A stretch of DNA of 28,851 nucleotides, from positions 1 to 28,851 of IMG/VR virus record IMGVR_UViG_3300032103_000032. One strand, 5' to 3'. Of this stretch, positions 9,520 to 17,896 are shown in pieces. The notes under the pieces were generated by a model. That model did not search any database and had not been told where the DNA came from. It saw nothing but the letters and a program-made list of their open reading frames with translations. Position 1 is the stretch's first letter, and each line of letters starts with the position of its first letter. The translations under genes and the position numbers were made by a program. This DNA is from a virus (Duplodnaviria > Caudoviricetes).

Positions 9520-9896
9520 TTTTTTGCGGCTGTGCCTTCAGCATCTTCGGCCTTTGCCAACTGCGTCCAAACGGCCTCAGAAAGCTGATCGGCCCATTCG
9601 GGCTGGGCATCGAGCAGCATCGAAACCGCTTCGGGGTTAAAAGCCACTGCATCGGTCTCATTAGCGCCGAAGTCGGCCGCCGTGATGCCTTGCCAGCCCA
9701 CCACGGCACCGGACAACACCAGGCGCTCCCACTGCAGCCGCGAACCAGGCACCCCGGCAGACATTCCGGATTTGGCACCGGCCATCTGCAGGTCGAAACG
9801 GCTGGGCCGCTGCAGGGTGAACACACGGCCAGCGCCCACCTCAACGGTGAAACGCCGGGCCGCCTGCACTTTATGCTTGAGGTCGTTCAGGTCCAT
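9516..9896 (-). CDS. Tail assembly chaperone G
   Basis: Between the tail tube and TMP genes. Ends GCA AAA AAC TGA (AKN*). Confidence 0.85.
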   Translation of the reverse strand: MDLNDLKHKVQAARRFTVEVGAGRVFTLQRPSRFDLQMAGAKSGMSAGVPGSRLQWERLVLSGAVVGWQGITAADFGANETDAVAFNPEAVSMLLDAQPEWADQLSEAVWTQLAKAEDAEGTAAKN

Positions 9897-9914
9897 GGGT
9901 GGCGGGCCTCGGGC

Positions 9915-10565
9915 TTAGGCTGCGTAGCGGGTGGGTTCGGCCACGCCCGTGAACGAAACGGCACGCTTTTCGGTGGCGTTGCGCTCCAGGGAGGTAAACT
10001 GGGCCATGCTCCAGAAGCCGTTGTGGAAGGTGCGCGAACCGTTGCCGCCCGTCACACGCAGGGCCGCCGGGTTGCCGGCCTCCTGGGCCGCGCGGATGAC
10101 GGCGTAGAACGGCAGGGTCGGGTCTTCGTGGATGGTGATTTCGGCCACCACAGGCGTGCGGCTGGCAGGCATCTGGGTGTCGGCACGGCCAAACACGCTG
10201 GAGGTGTCGGCGTACTGCTGGTCACCGCCCGTGAAGGCAATGGCGCCCACCTGGGTGATGGTGGTGAAGGCTGTGATGCGGCGAACGGTGCCGATGCCTT
10301 CGGCGGCGGGGTAGAGCGCTGTGCTCGCGGTGTTGATAAGCTCAAACGTCACGTTGTTGGTGGCAACCGCCCTGACGCGCACCACGCGCCCGTTTAGCAG
10401 CTCCCAGCCGCTGCTGACCTCCAGAATGTCGCCCACCACCACGTTGTGGCCAGCGGCCAGAGTCGCAACGGCTTCGGCAGCGTTGGTGATAGCCGTCATG
10501 TTCACGGCGGGGCCGTAGGTGCTCGCAATGGCCAGCGAGCCGCCGGCAGGAAGGGCATAGCTCAT
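9915..10565 (-). CDS. Major tail tube protein
   Basis: MSYALPAG...AITNAAEAVAT...SGWELLNGRVVRV...GGDQQY, typical of this tail-tube family. AAAGGAG SD. Confidence 0.88.
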   Translation of the reverse strand: MSYALPAGGSLAIASTYGPAVNMTAITNAAEAVATLAAGHNVVVGDILEVSSGWELLNGRVVRVRAVATNNVTFELINTASTALYPAAEGIGTVRRITAFTTITQVGAIAFTGGDQQYADTSSVFGRADTQMPASRTPVVAEITIHEDPTLPFYAVIRAAQEAGNPAALRVTGGNGSRTFHNGFWSMAQFTSLERNATEKRAVSFTGVAEPTRYAA

Positions 10566-10578
10566 CGCTCAGACTCCT

Positions 10579-11025
10579 TTACGCAAGCAGGCCGGGGGCC
10601 GCTCGCTGGGTGGGAATGAAAAACACAAATTCCATGGACAACTCGCCAACCGGCTGGTCACCCACAGCAGAAAGGTCAGGCACCTCGGCGCTGAAGGCGT
10701 CGGGGTAGAAGGTGCGGCCCGCCACATACAGGCCATTCACCATGAGGGCACCTTCGGCGGCGTAGCCGATCGCATCCAGGGCAGCGCTCAGGCCACTGGT
10801 GGCCTTGGCCACGGCCCGCAGCTGCAGGGTGAGCGTGCGCTCCACCCCGTCAGAGAACGAGCCTTCCAGGTTGGCGCTTTCGCTCACGGCCACCATCAGG
10901 GCAGGCAGATGGGTGGGCTGCAGCACATACTCCTGGTCCATAAACACCCGGCCAGCGAGTGAAGGCACGGCATTGAGGGCCGTGACTGCCGCTGCGCGAA
11001 CCTGGGCGCGGATGGAGGTGGTCAT
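10579..11025 (-). CDS. Tail terminator protein (gpU-like)
   Basis: SIRAQVRAAAVTAL...GRVF...LPALMV pattern, directly before the tail tube gene. Confidence 0.7.
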   Translation of the reverse strand: MTTSIRAQVRAAAVTALNAVPSLAGRVFMDQEYVLQPTHLPALMVAVSESANLEGSFSDGVERTLTLQLRAVAKATSGLSAALDAIGYAAEGALMVNGLYVAGRTFYPDAFSAEVPDLSAVGDQPVGELSMEFVFFIPTQRAAPGLLA

Positions 11026-11321
11026 GCGCGTTCCAGCCTGAATAGGGTTTCACCCAGGCCGTCGGGCTCGATGCCCACGATCCTGTAAACCGTTTCGCCC
11101 ATCTCAACCCGCTCACCGTAGGTCACGTCAGGAACATCGGCTGACTGGCAAAGCATCTGCGGCTGTGAACTGGCCACACCAATGCCGCCCGGGTCCACAA
11201 AGGCATTGGCAAAAATGACCGGCACCGGATGAGCTGCACTGCTAAATACCGCAAGCGCATTACTGAGCTTGCGAAACGCAGCCTCCTGCAGCCGTCTCTC
11301 GATGCGGTCAAAGTTGCCCAT
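11022..11321 (-). CDS. Head-tail joining protein (gpFII-like)
   Basis: 99 aa, C-terminal YRIVGIEPDGLGETLFRL, synteny. Confidence 0.75.
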   Translation of the reverse strand: MGNFDRIERRLQEAAFRKLSNALAVFSSAAHPVPVIFANAFVDPGGIGVASSQPQMLCQSADVPDVTYGERVEMGETVYRIVGIEPDGLGETLFRLERA

Positions 11322-11335
11322 GGCTCAAAACGCCA

Positions 11336-11689
11336 TCACAGCGCAGCCACACCCACGCCATTGAGGCGCACGCGGCCAGTGGTCTCGCCAGCGCCAGAGC
11401 CGACAGCAGCAACGGCCACACCGATCGGGAAAAACCCGGCAGTGGTGGCGGTGCTCGCCACACCAGTGGCGGCGTTCCAGTTGATGCGGGCGCCGACCGT
11501 CCAGGCCTGAGAGCCGACCTTGGGCAAGTCAAAAACACCAGAGGCCATCCCAGTGAACGGGACACCGGCGGACGCATCATGAGTGGCCACGACCGGGATG
11601 TTGCCGATCACATAAAGCTGGCCGGCCACCACACCACCCGATGGGGCGGTGAGGGTCAACACGTCGCCGTTTTGGACGAAGTTACGCAT
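11336..11689 (-). CDS. Capsid cement/decoration protein (DUF2190-like)
   Basis: MRNFVQNGDVLTLTAPSGGV...GVFDLPK...VRLNG, directly after the capsid gene. Confidence 0.88.
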   Translation of the reverse strand: MRNFVQNGDVLTLTAPSGGVVAGQLYVIGNIPVVATHDASAGVPFTGMASGVFDLPKVGSQAWTVGARINWNAATGVASTATTAGFFPIGVAVAAVGSGAGETTGRVRLNGVGVAAL

Positions 11690-11708
11690 GTTTCATTCCC
11701 CTTTCAAC

Positions 11709-13655
11709 TTAAGCGCCGTTGGCCCTGTACAGACCACGGTGGTCGATGGCCTTGGCGGCGAAGTCCAGGCGGCACTTGTATTCCACCCCGTCCACGCCCC
11801 AGCCAACTTTGCTCTCGATCTGCGGGCCTTCGGCACCATCGAGGTAGCAGTACTCCACCGTGTCCACTGCCGCGCTGTTGGCGGCAGCGTACCAGGCAGT
11901 CGCAGAACTGGCGTCCAGCAGCGGCTCCACCACGGGCTCCAGGCCTGTGCGTCCGCCGGTGCGGAACTCGTTGATGTTCGACTGCTGCGCAGGCACGTAC
12001 TGGTTACTGGTCAACTGGTAAGCCGTCTGCTCAAGGGTCGTGGGGACGATCAGGAAAGAAGGCGTCACGTTGAGCAGTTCGCCATTGAGGCCACGCTGCA
12101 GACGCATGGCGCTGCGCATGGCAGACAAGCTGCTCAACTGCAGGGCAGAACCAGCACCGGTGCCGTTGTTGCCGTTTTGCGCGGAGTACAGCGCGGAGGC
12201 GGTCAGCTCTGCATACACCAGGCTGTTTTCCAGGCGACGCGCGGCCAGGCCGAAAGCAACGGTGAGGCGGTCGAAGGCGCGTAGATCGTCGTTGATGATG
12301 GCCTGGCGGGTCAACGCCACGATGCGGCCATAAGTCACGACCCTGTAGTCCGTTGCGCCATCGCGCATGGTTCCGTAGGTGTACTCGCCATGCTCAGGCA
12401 CGGCCAGCAGATCAGGGGCGCCAGAGAGCTGCACCACGCTCATAGACTTGAAGTCCGGCGCGTTCGGTGCGCGGCGTGCCCACACCTGGTAAGTACCGGT
12501 GTTTTCTTCGTAGGCGTTGCGCAGACGCTTGCCGGCCACGTTGGCAAACAGGCTAGCGAAGTCGCTGATGGTGTGCATACCGGCGGATCGGTGCTGCAAC
12601 ATGGCGTCGGCCAGCTTGAGCTTATCCATGCCACGGGTGGACACGTTCTGGGCTTCCAGCCATTCACGGCCGATTTCCAGCAAGCTCATAGAGCGGTACT
12701 GGCGGCCGTTGTCATCCAGCTTGATGCTGGGCGTAAGGCGGTGCAGGATGGCCTGCTCGACACCAGACATGCGGACTTCAAACTGATCCTGCACGGTCTG
12801 CACGTTCACCACATTGCGGTGGCCTCCGGCGGCGGCGTCGTTGCGGGCCAAAGTGTCCAGGATCTTTGCACGAGCGGCGTCCACATCGGCGTTTTCGCGT
12901 AAAAGCTGAGGAATCAGATTCGGCACACCGTGACGCACGCAGAGATCACTGACTTCAGCGGCACGCGCATTCACATCCACTGCCGCAGTGGCAGCAACAA
13001 CGGGCGCTTGAGGCTGCCCGCCGGTTTGGACTCCATTTTTGTCCATCGCGGTTTCCTTTCGTTGGGCAGTCGCCCGGTGGATAAACTCGCAGGGCTCACC
13101 AGAGTCCTGCGAAGGCTTCGAGCGAACGCTGCTTCCAGCGTCCGCAGGAACGGGAACGAACGAGATTTCGGCAGGCGTCCAGCGCTCTGCGCGGTACAGC
13201 GGCACAGTGCCGCCGTCTTCCCGGTCTGCGGCGCGTACCACGGCATAACGCTGCACTGTGTAGCCCGCCGAAATGTGGCGAATGATTCCGGCCTCGATGT
13301 CGCGCACGATGCTCGAAATGTCGTCACGCTGGCTGAGGCGGATCGTCGCGCGGCCCTCGCTGCCATCCAGCCAGGCCTTCTCCACCACACCGATCACGTT
13401 CGACAGGTCCCACTGCATGTGCGTGTTCAGCACCGAAGCGCCAGCATTGAGGCGCGTCATGTCCACCGCTTCTGGCGATACGACCAGTTCTTCGTCGTAA
13501 TAGTGCTCGTTCCACCAGTCGTAGCGGCGAACCTTGACGCCGGTGGTCCATACCACATCGACAGTCCGGCTGTCGGCATTAAAGGTGGAGGGAACCAGCT
13601 CCATGGCGCGAACCATGGCGGGCATCACGTTTGTCTGGATTTCATCTTTTTCCAT
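11709..13655 (-). CDS. Prohead protease / scaffold / major capsid fusion protein
   Basis: N-terminal protease motifs (VLNTH, ISAGY, EISFVPVPAD). C-terminal capsid motifs (HTISDF, DFK, YGRIVALTRQAIINDDL, RLDFAAKAIDHRG). Confidence 0.92.
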   Translation of the reverse strand: MEKDEIQTNVMPAMVRAMELVPSTFNADSRTVDVVWTTGVKVRRYDWWNEHYYDEELVVSPEAVDMTRLNAGASVLNTHMQWDLSNVIGVVEKAWLDGSEGRATIRLSQRDDISSIVRDIEAGIIRHISAGYTVQRYAVVRAADREDGGTVPLYRAERWTPAEISFVPVPADAGSSVRSKPSQDSGEPCEFIHRATAQRKETAMDKNGVQTGGQPQAPVVAATAAVDVNARAAEVSDLCVRHGVPNLIPQLLRENADVDAARAKILDTLARNDAAAGGHRNVVNVQTVQDQFEVRMSGVEQAILHRLTPSIKLDDNGRQYRSMSLLEIGREWLEAQNVSTRGMDKLKLADAMLQHRSAGMHTISDFASLFANVAGKRLRNAYEENTGTYQVWARRAPNAPDFKSMSVVQLSGAPDLLAVPEHGEYTYGTMRDGATDYRVVTYGRIVALTRQAIINDDLRAFDRLTVAFGLAARRLENSLVYAELTASALYSAQNGNNGTGAGSALQLSSLSAMRSAMRLQRGLNGELLNVTPSFLIVPTTLEQTAYQLTSNQYVPAQQSNINEFRTGGRTGLEPVVEPLLDASSATAWYAAANSAAVDTVEYCYLDGAEGPQIESKVGWGVDGVEYKCRLDFAAKAIDHRGLYRANGA

Positions 13656-13678
13656 GGGACGATCATTCCTCGGTCAGT

Positions 13679-13710
13679 GTCTCAAAGCTAGGCCAACTTA
13701 AGACGATTTA
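13679..13710 (-). promoter_or_regulatory. Late-promoter dyad box 1 (putative Mor/C activator site)
   Basis: TAAATCGTCTTAAGTTGGCCTAGCTTTGAGAC, 24 bp from the capsid ATG (13655). Confidence 0.7.
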
Positions 13711-15186
13711 TTCATCCTGCCCACCAGGCTCGGGCGCATCAATCGAAGCGGGCAATGCAGACGCGTTGCCCGACTTCATGGCCAGCAGCATGGGCAGAAC
13801 ACCCGAGTCGCTCAGCCGCCTAAAATCTGAAGCGATTTCTTCAAACACCAGGTCTGGCTTGTAGCCACGACGGCGCAGCTTTTCGCTGATGGAACTCAGG
13901 CCGCCTGCGATTTCGGCGTTGTCTGCATTCACTTCTTGCAGCGGGTTCACGTAGTCCCATTTGGGCGTTGACCAGTCCACGGCGTACTCACGCATCGGCA
14001 GGGATCGGGCCAGGTAGGCCGTGTCGATGAACTCGCGCCACAGCCGGGTCATGTGCGGGATCAGCTCAAGCCACTGCTCATGCTCGACAGAACGGCGGAA
14101 GTCGATCAGCGCGACACGCGCCGAACTGAAGTTGACCCCCGTCATGTCGCCGGTCAGCATTTCGTAGGTCACCTCCATGCCAACGGCAATCAGGTGCAAC
14201 TGGTGTTTAACGTAAGCCTCGTAGCCAGGCGCTGCTTTGGGCTCGATCACCGTGAGATTCACGCCTGGCGGAACGGATGTAACGCCACCTGAAGGAAGCT
14301 CACCGAGCGAGCCTGTCGTGACGTCCTGCCCGGCTTCGGGCGCAGCCATTTGCGAAACGTCCCCGGAAGCCAGCACGCTCAGGCGAGTTTCGAGGTTCTT
14401 TCGGGCCAGCTCGGCGTCTTCGTAGTTCTGCAGATCGCGCACTCGGGCGATCACTGAAGCCAGCGTGGAGACGCCACGCTTGGCGCCAGGCCGGTCGGCC
14501 TTGAAAAGGTGAATGATCCGGTTGGCAGGCACGGCAACCGAAGTGCGCAGACCGCGAACCGTCTGCAATTCGCCGGGGTGTTCGTTGAACAGCCAGTAGG
14601 CGGTCACCTGGCCGATCGGGTTGTATTCGATGCCGTTGATGATGGTGTTGCCATTCAGGGTGCCGTTTTTCCCGCTATCCAAGTAGTCGATCTCCAGCAG
14701 CTGCACCTGCAGCGGCACAGGCAGGCCGTCATCCACCGAACGCGGACGCAGCCGCATCATCACTTCGCCGTCCAGGCGAAGAGATCTATAGGCTCGTGCC
14801 CACAGGCCGTAAAAGTCCGACACCCCATCGGCATCGGCTACGGATTGCCAGGCGTCCCAGAGGTCGTCAACTTGGCGACGCAGAGCGCCGCTGGCCAGAG
14901 ACCGGGGAGAAATGCCGGTGCCGATGGCGTTTTCCACGCGGGCGTTGATGCCGCGTTTGATGTAAGGCACGTTGTGGTAGAGAGCTCTGGCACGGCTGCG
15001 CAGCTCACGGGCATCCGCAGCATGGTCTGTGTTGGCAGAGGCGCCAGGGCGGCGCGGCGCCCAGCCGTCTGCTCGGCTGGCACCTTCATAGGCACGCTTG
15101 AGCGCCTCGCGGGCGGCCAGACGGACAATGCCCGCACGCGGGCTGAAGTAGCCGATCACGCGATCGACGATGTTGGCTGAAGCCAT
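13708..15186 (-). CDS. Portal protein, lambda family
   Basis: AYEGAS, LRSRARALYHN, LQVQLLEIDYL, RGVS and YEMLTGDMTGVNFSSAR motifs. Confidence 0.95.
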   Translation of the reverse strand: MASANIVDRVIGYFSPRAGIVRLAAREALKRAYEGASRADGWAPRRPGASANTDHAADARELRSRARALYHNVPYIKRGINARVENAIGTGISPRSLASGALRRQVDDLWDAWQSVADADGVSDFYGLWARAYRSLRLDGEVMMRLRPRSVDDGLPVPLQVQLLEIDYLDSGKNGTLNGNTIINGIEYNPIGQVTAYWLFNEHPGELQTVRGLRTSVAVPANRIIHLFKADRPGAKRGVSTLASVIARVRDLQNYEDAELARKNLETRLSVLASGDVSQMAAPEAGQDVTTGSLGELPSGGVTSVPPGVNLTVIEPKAAPGYEAYVKHQLHLIAVGMEVTYEMLTGDMTGVNFSSARVALIDFRRSVEHEQWLELIPHMTRLWREFIDTAYLARSLPMREYAVDWSTPKWDYVNPLQEVNADNAEIAGGLSSISEKLRRRGYKPDLVFEEIASDFRRLSDSGVLPMLLAMKSGNASALPASIDAPEPGGQDE

Positions 15187-15395
15187 CAGAACCCGCGCAT
15201 GGTTGTAAATATAAACCGCCCAGACCTGTGCCGGTGGGTGCGCTTGGCGGCCAGATCGGCCTCAATGGCCTGCCTGGCTTTGAGCAGCTCGTCCATCGAC
15301 CGGTAGGTGATCTGCTTGCCATCCGAGCTGCGAATGGTCAGCTCACCTGAAGCAATCGCTGCATTGATGGCGTTAAGGTCAGGCTGGGTAAACAT
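15186..15395 (-). CDS. Head completion protein (gpW-like)
   Basis: LNAINAAIASGELTI...ITYRSMDELLKAR, directly before the portal gene. Confidence 0.9.
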   Translation of the reverse strand: MFTQPDLNAINAAIASGELTIRSSDGKQITYRSMDELLKARQAIEADLAAKRTHRHRSGRFIFTTMRGF

Positions 15396-15419
15396 GCAAT
15401 CAAATATCGTTTGGTTGCC

Positions 15420-15451
15420 GTCTCAAAGCTAGGCCAAGTTGAGACGATTTA
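15420..15451 (-). promoter_or_regulatory. Late-promoter dyad box 2
   Basis: TAAATCGTCTCAACTTGGCCTAGCTTTGAGAC, 25 bp from the gpW ATG (15395). Confidence 0.7.
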
Positions 15452-15463
15452 ATGGCCAGGCCA

Positions 15464-16132
15464 TCATCGAGTCTCCCACTGGCTGCCCGTCCAGTGTTTC
15501 AGATTGGGTTTGACCCATTCGGCTCCGTCCCATGTTCGCAAAGAACCCACCACCCAGCCGGATGAAGTGAACACATTGAGCAACACGGATTCAAACGGAA
15601 CCACCACGCCTGAGATGCCCGCAGTATCACTGCCCACCTCAATCGCCGCGAGCGAACCCGATACCAGGACGCGGCCATTGACCAGGGCCACATCCTGACC
15701 GGATTCAGACACATTCAGCGAACCGCGAACAATCACCTGCCCTGAAGCACTCAGGGTATCACTGCCTACCTCGGCAGCCGACAGGGTGCCCGATACCCGA
15801 ACTCCACCAGATGCAGCGAAGGTGTCCGCGCCTGTTTCAGTGGCCGCCAGCGTGCCGATGATGGGCGCATTGCCCACGGTGCCGGTGCTTGCGAAGGTGT
15901 CCGAGCCTTCTTCGATAGCGGCCAGCGAGCCTGCCACGATGACAGCGCCAGTTGCTGCGATGGTGTCGAAGCCGATTTCGGTGGCAGCCAGCGAGCCAGC
16001 GATGCCGACGCCCGTGCTGGGCCACACCCCCTGCTGCTGCCCCAGCAGCCCGAGCGCAGGAATGCCCGCCAGTGGCGCGGGCATATCAGCCGATGAGGCC
16101 GCCCCCCCCTGCAGCAGCGGGCTAAACCACAT
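15464..16132 (-). CDS. Putative fibre-like virion protein with six ~22-aa tandem repeats
   Basis: Repeats G[ST]L-x3-E-x-G-x-D (GSLAATEIGFDT, GSLAAIEEGSDT, GTLAATETGADT, GTLSAAEVGSDT, GSLNVSESGQDV, GSLAAIEVGSDT) and a Trp-rich C-terminus. Confidence 0.7.
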   Translation of the reverse strand: MWFSPLLQGGAASSADMPAPLAGIPALGLLGQQQGVWPSTGVGIAGSLAATEIGFDTIAATGAVIVAGSLAAIEEGSDTFASTGTVGNAPIIGTLAATETGADTFAASGGVRVSGTLSAAEVGSDTLSASGQVIVRGSLNVSESGQDVALVNGRVLVSGSLAAIEVGSDTAGISGVVVPFESVLLNVFTSSGWVVGSLRTWDGAEWVKPNLKHWTGSQWETR

Positions 16133-16477
16133 TTACAGCCCCCGGATCGACCAGCCGATGGCGCGGTCAGTGCCTTGCAGCCTCTGGAGCGTGTACGTCC
16201 ATCCGTGCATCAGGGCCAGAGCGGGGGTCACGTAGATCGGCTCGGTCTGCACGCCGCTGATGACGACATCATCTATTACGCGCTGCGGGTCGCCCGCCCG
16301 TGTGCGCTCGTAGATGCGAATCCGATAACGTTCCGTCGCCGTCAGCGCGGCTAGATCTAGGAAAAGCTGGTAGATGCCTGCCGTGGTCTGGGCACTCAGT
16401 GTGGTACTGTTGCTCGGCAGGTCGTACTCGGTCGCGCCGATGGTGGCGCTGCCGCTGTGAGTCTGGGTCAGCGCCAT
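16133..16477 (-). CDS. Hypothetical beta-rich virion protein
   Basis: 114 aa, coupled to both neighbours, alternating beta-strand pattern. Confidence 0.65.
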   Translation of the reverse strand: MALTQTHSGSATIGATEYDLPSNSTTLSAQTTAGIYQLFLDLAALTATERYRIRIYERTRAGDPQRVIDDVVISGVQTEPIYVTPALALMHGWTYTLQRLQGTDRAIGWSIRGL

Positions 16478-17427
16478 CAGTCGATGCTCCAGTAGGTAAA
16501 GCGGGCGTAGCCTGCTGCGCCGTTGCCGCCTGCTGCGCCGCCACCGCCACCGCCGCCAGATGCACCGAAGTTCAGCGTACTGGCGTCATGGCCGGGGGAG
16601 CCGCCGTCGCCTCCTGGTGCAAAAATCTGATCCGGCGTCCCAAAAATAGTCCCAGCGCCCGACCCACCACCCCCTCGGCTAACCGTACCGGTCGAGTTGC
16701 CGCGCCCCTCGGTTCCGTTATTGCCGTTGGCGCGTAAAACCGCATGGACTTGGGACACCACGCCCCCATGCCCACCGTTGGCGGCGTAAGGCGTACCCGC
16801 CGAAGCGCCGCCGCCGCCACCACCACCACCAAAAATACCAAGTCCGCACAGCGGGCTAAAACCTACTGTGTTGGCACCACCTTGGTGGCCGTTGGCACCG
16901 GCTGACGACCCGCCTGCTGCGCCGCCAGCGTGTTGCCAGTTGTTACCCGCAGACCCCCCGTTTGCGTGTGTAGTACTAGAAAACGCACCGCCGCTGCCAC
17001 CTTCGCCGCCCGTCAAGCGGATAAATGTGGGTGTGCGCTGCCCAGTGACTTCTGTGTGGCCACCCGAAGAACCGTTTTGCCCAGAGGCCCCCGCAGCACC
17101 AACAGAGCCGCCAATCCCAGCAGCCCCAACAGTGACGTTGATGCTTGCGCCTGGCACCACAACAAGCGGCACACGAACTACCGTGCCGCCAGCTTGCCCA
17201 GCCCCGCCGCCACCAACGCCACAAGAGCCGGATGGCCCACCACCGCCGCCGCCACCGCCGCCGCCACCACATCCGTCAAGGATCAGTTCAGCCACCTCAC
17301 CCGGCACCTGCCAAGCCCATGGGCCGTTGAGCGAAGTCGCATCCACCACGCCATCCGTCACCACCCCGGTGCCACGGATGAACTCGACTACGTGTTGTCT
17401 CAGCACATTCCCGCCTAGCGCCATCAC
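16477..17427 (-). CDS. Glycine-rich fibre-like protein
   Basis: WQVPGEV...GCGGGGGGG...GGGGAG...ASINVTVGAAG...GGNGAAGYARFTY, the Gly-rich domain typical of phage fibre proteins. Confidence 0.75.
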   Translation of the reverse strand: MMALGGNVLRQHVVEFIRGTGVVTDGVVDATSLNGPWAWQVPGEVAELILDGCGGGGGGGGGGGPSGSCGVGGGGAGQAGGTVVRVPLVVVPGASINVTVGAAGIGGSVGAAGASGQNGSSGGHTEVTGQRTPTFIRLTGGEGGSGGAFSSTTHANGGSAGNNWQHAGGAAGGSSAGANGHQGGANTVGFSPLCGLGIFGGGGGGGGASAGTPYAANGGHGGVVSQVHAVLRANGNNGTEGRGNSTGTVSRGGGGSGAGTIFGTPDQIFAPGGDGGSPGHDASTLNFGASGGGGGGGAAGGNGAAGYARFTYWSID

Positions 17428-17888
17428 ACACCTCCTGTGGGTTTTTCGTGCGGCTGCACGGGGGCGTTCAGAATCTCGTCGGCGCGGCCATCGGCCAGTA
17501 GCCCACCGTCCTCCAGCGCGATTACGCCGTTGCGGGTGTCTGGGTCGTCGAGGTCGATGAACTGTGCGGCCTGCACCTTGGCCTGGTAGCGCCGCATGTA
17601 GGCCGCTTGCACCGTCTCGCCCCGCGAAGCCAGGTCAATCGCCACGGCCTCAGCATCGGTGAAGCGGTTCATGAAGGCCAGCCGCGTGATCTTGCGACCC
17701 TCTGGAATCACCACCGGCTCAGGTGCCGTCCAAGTGGTGCCGTCGAAATCCCAGCCGCAGCCGACTTGCGCCAGCGCCTCGGTGCGCTCGATAGCGGTGT
17801 GCTCGGGGTAGAACTGCTGAGCACGCTCGACCGAATCCGCAAGGATCACGTTGTCCACACGCCCGTGTTTGATAAGGATGATGTCCAT
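17424..17888 (-). CDS. Fibre-associated hypothetical protein (possible chaperone)
   Basis: GRVDNVILAD...VGCGWDFDGTTWTAP followed by ITRLAFMNRFTDAE...IDLDDPDTR, patterns seen beside Gly-rich fibre genes. GAGG SD. Confidence 0.7.
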   Translation of the reverse strand: MDIILIKHGRVDNVILADSVERAQQFYPEHTAIERTEALAQVGCGWDFDGTTWTAPEPVVIPEGRKITRLAFMNRFTDAEAVAIDLASRGETVQAAYMRRYQAKVQAAQFIDLDDPDTRNGVIALEDGGLLADGRADEILNAPVQPHEKPTGGV

Positions 17889-17896
17889 GGGCTACC

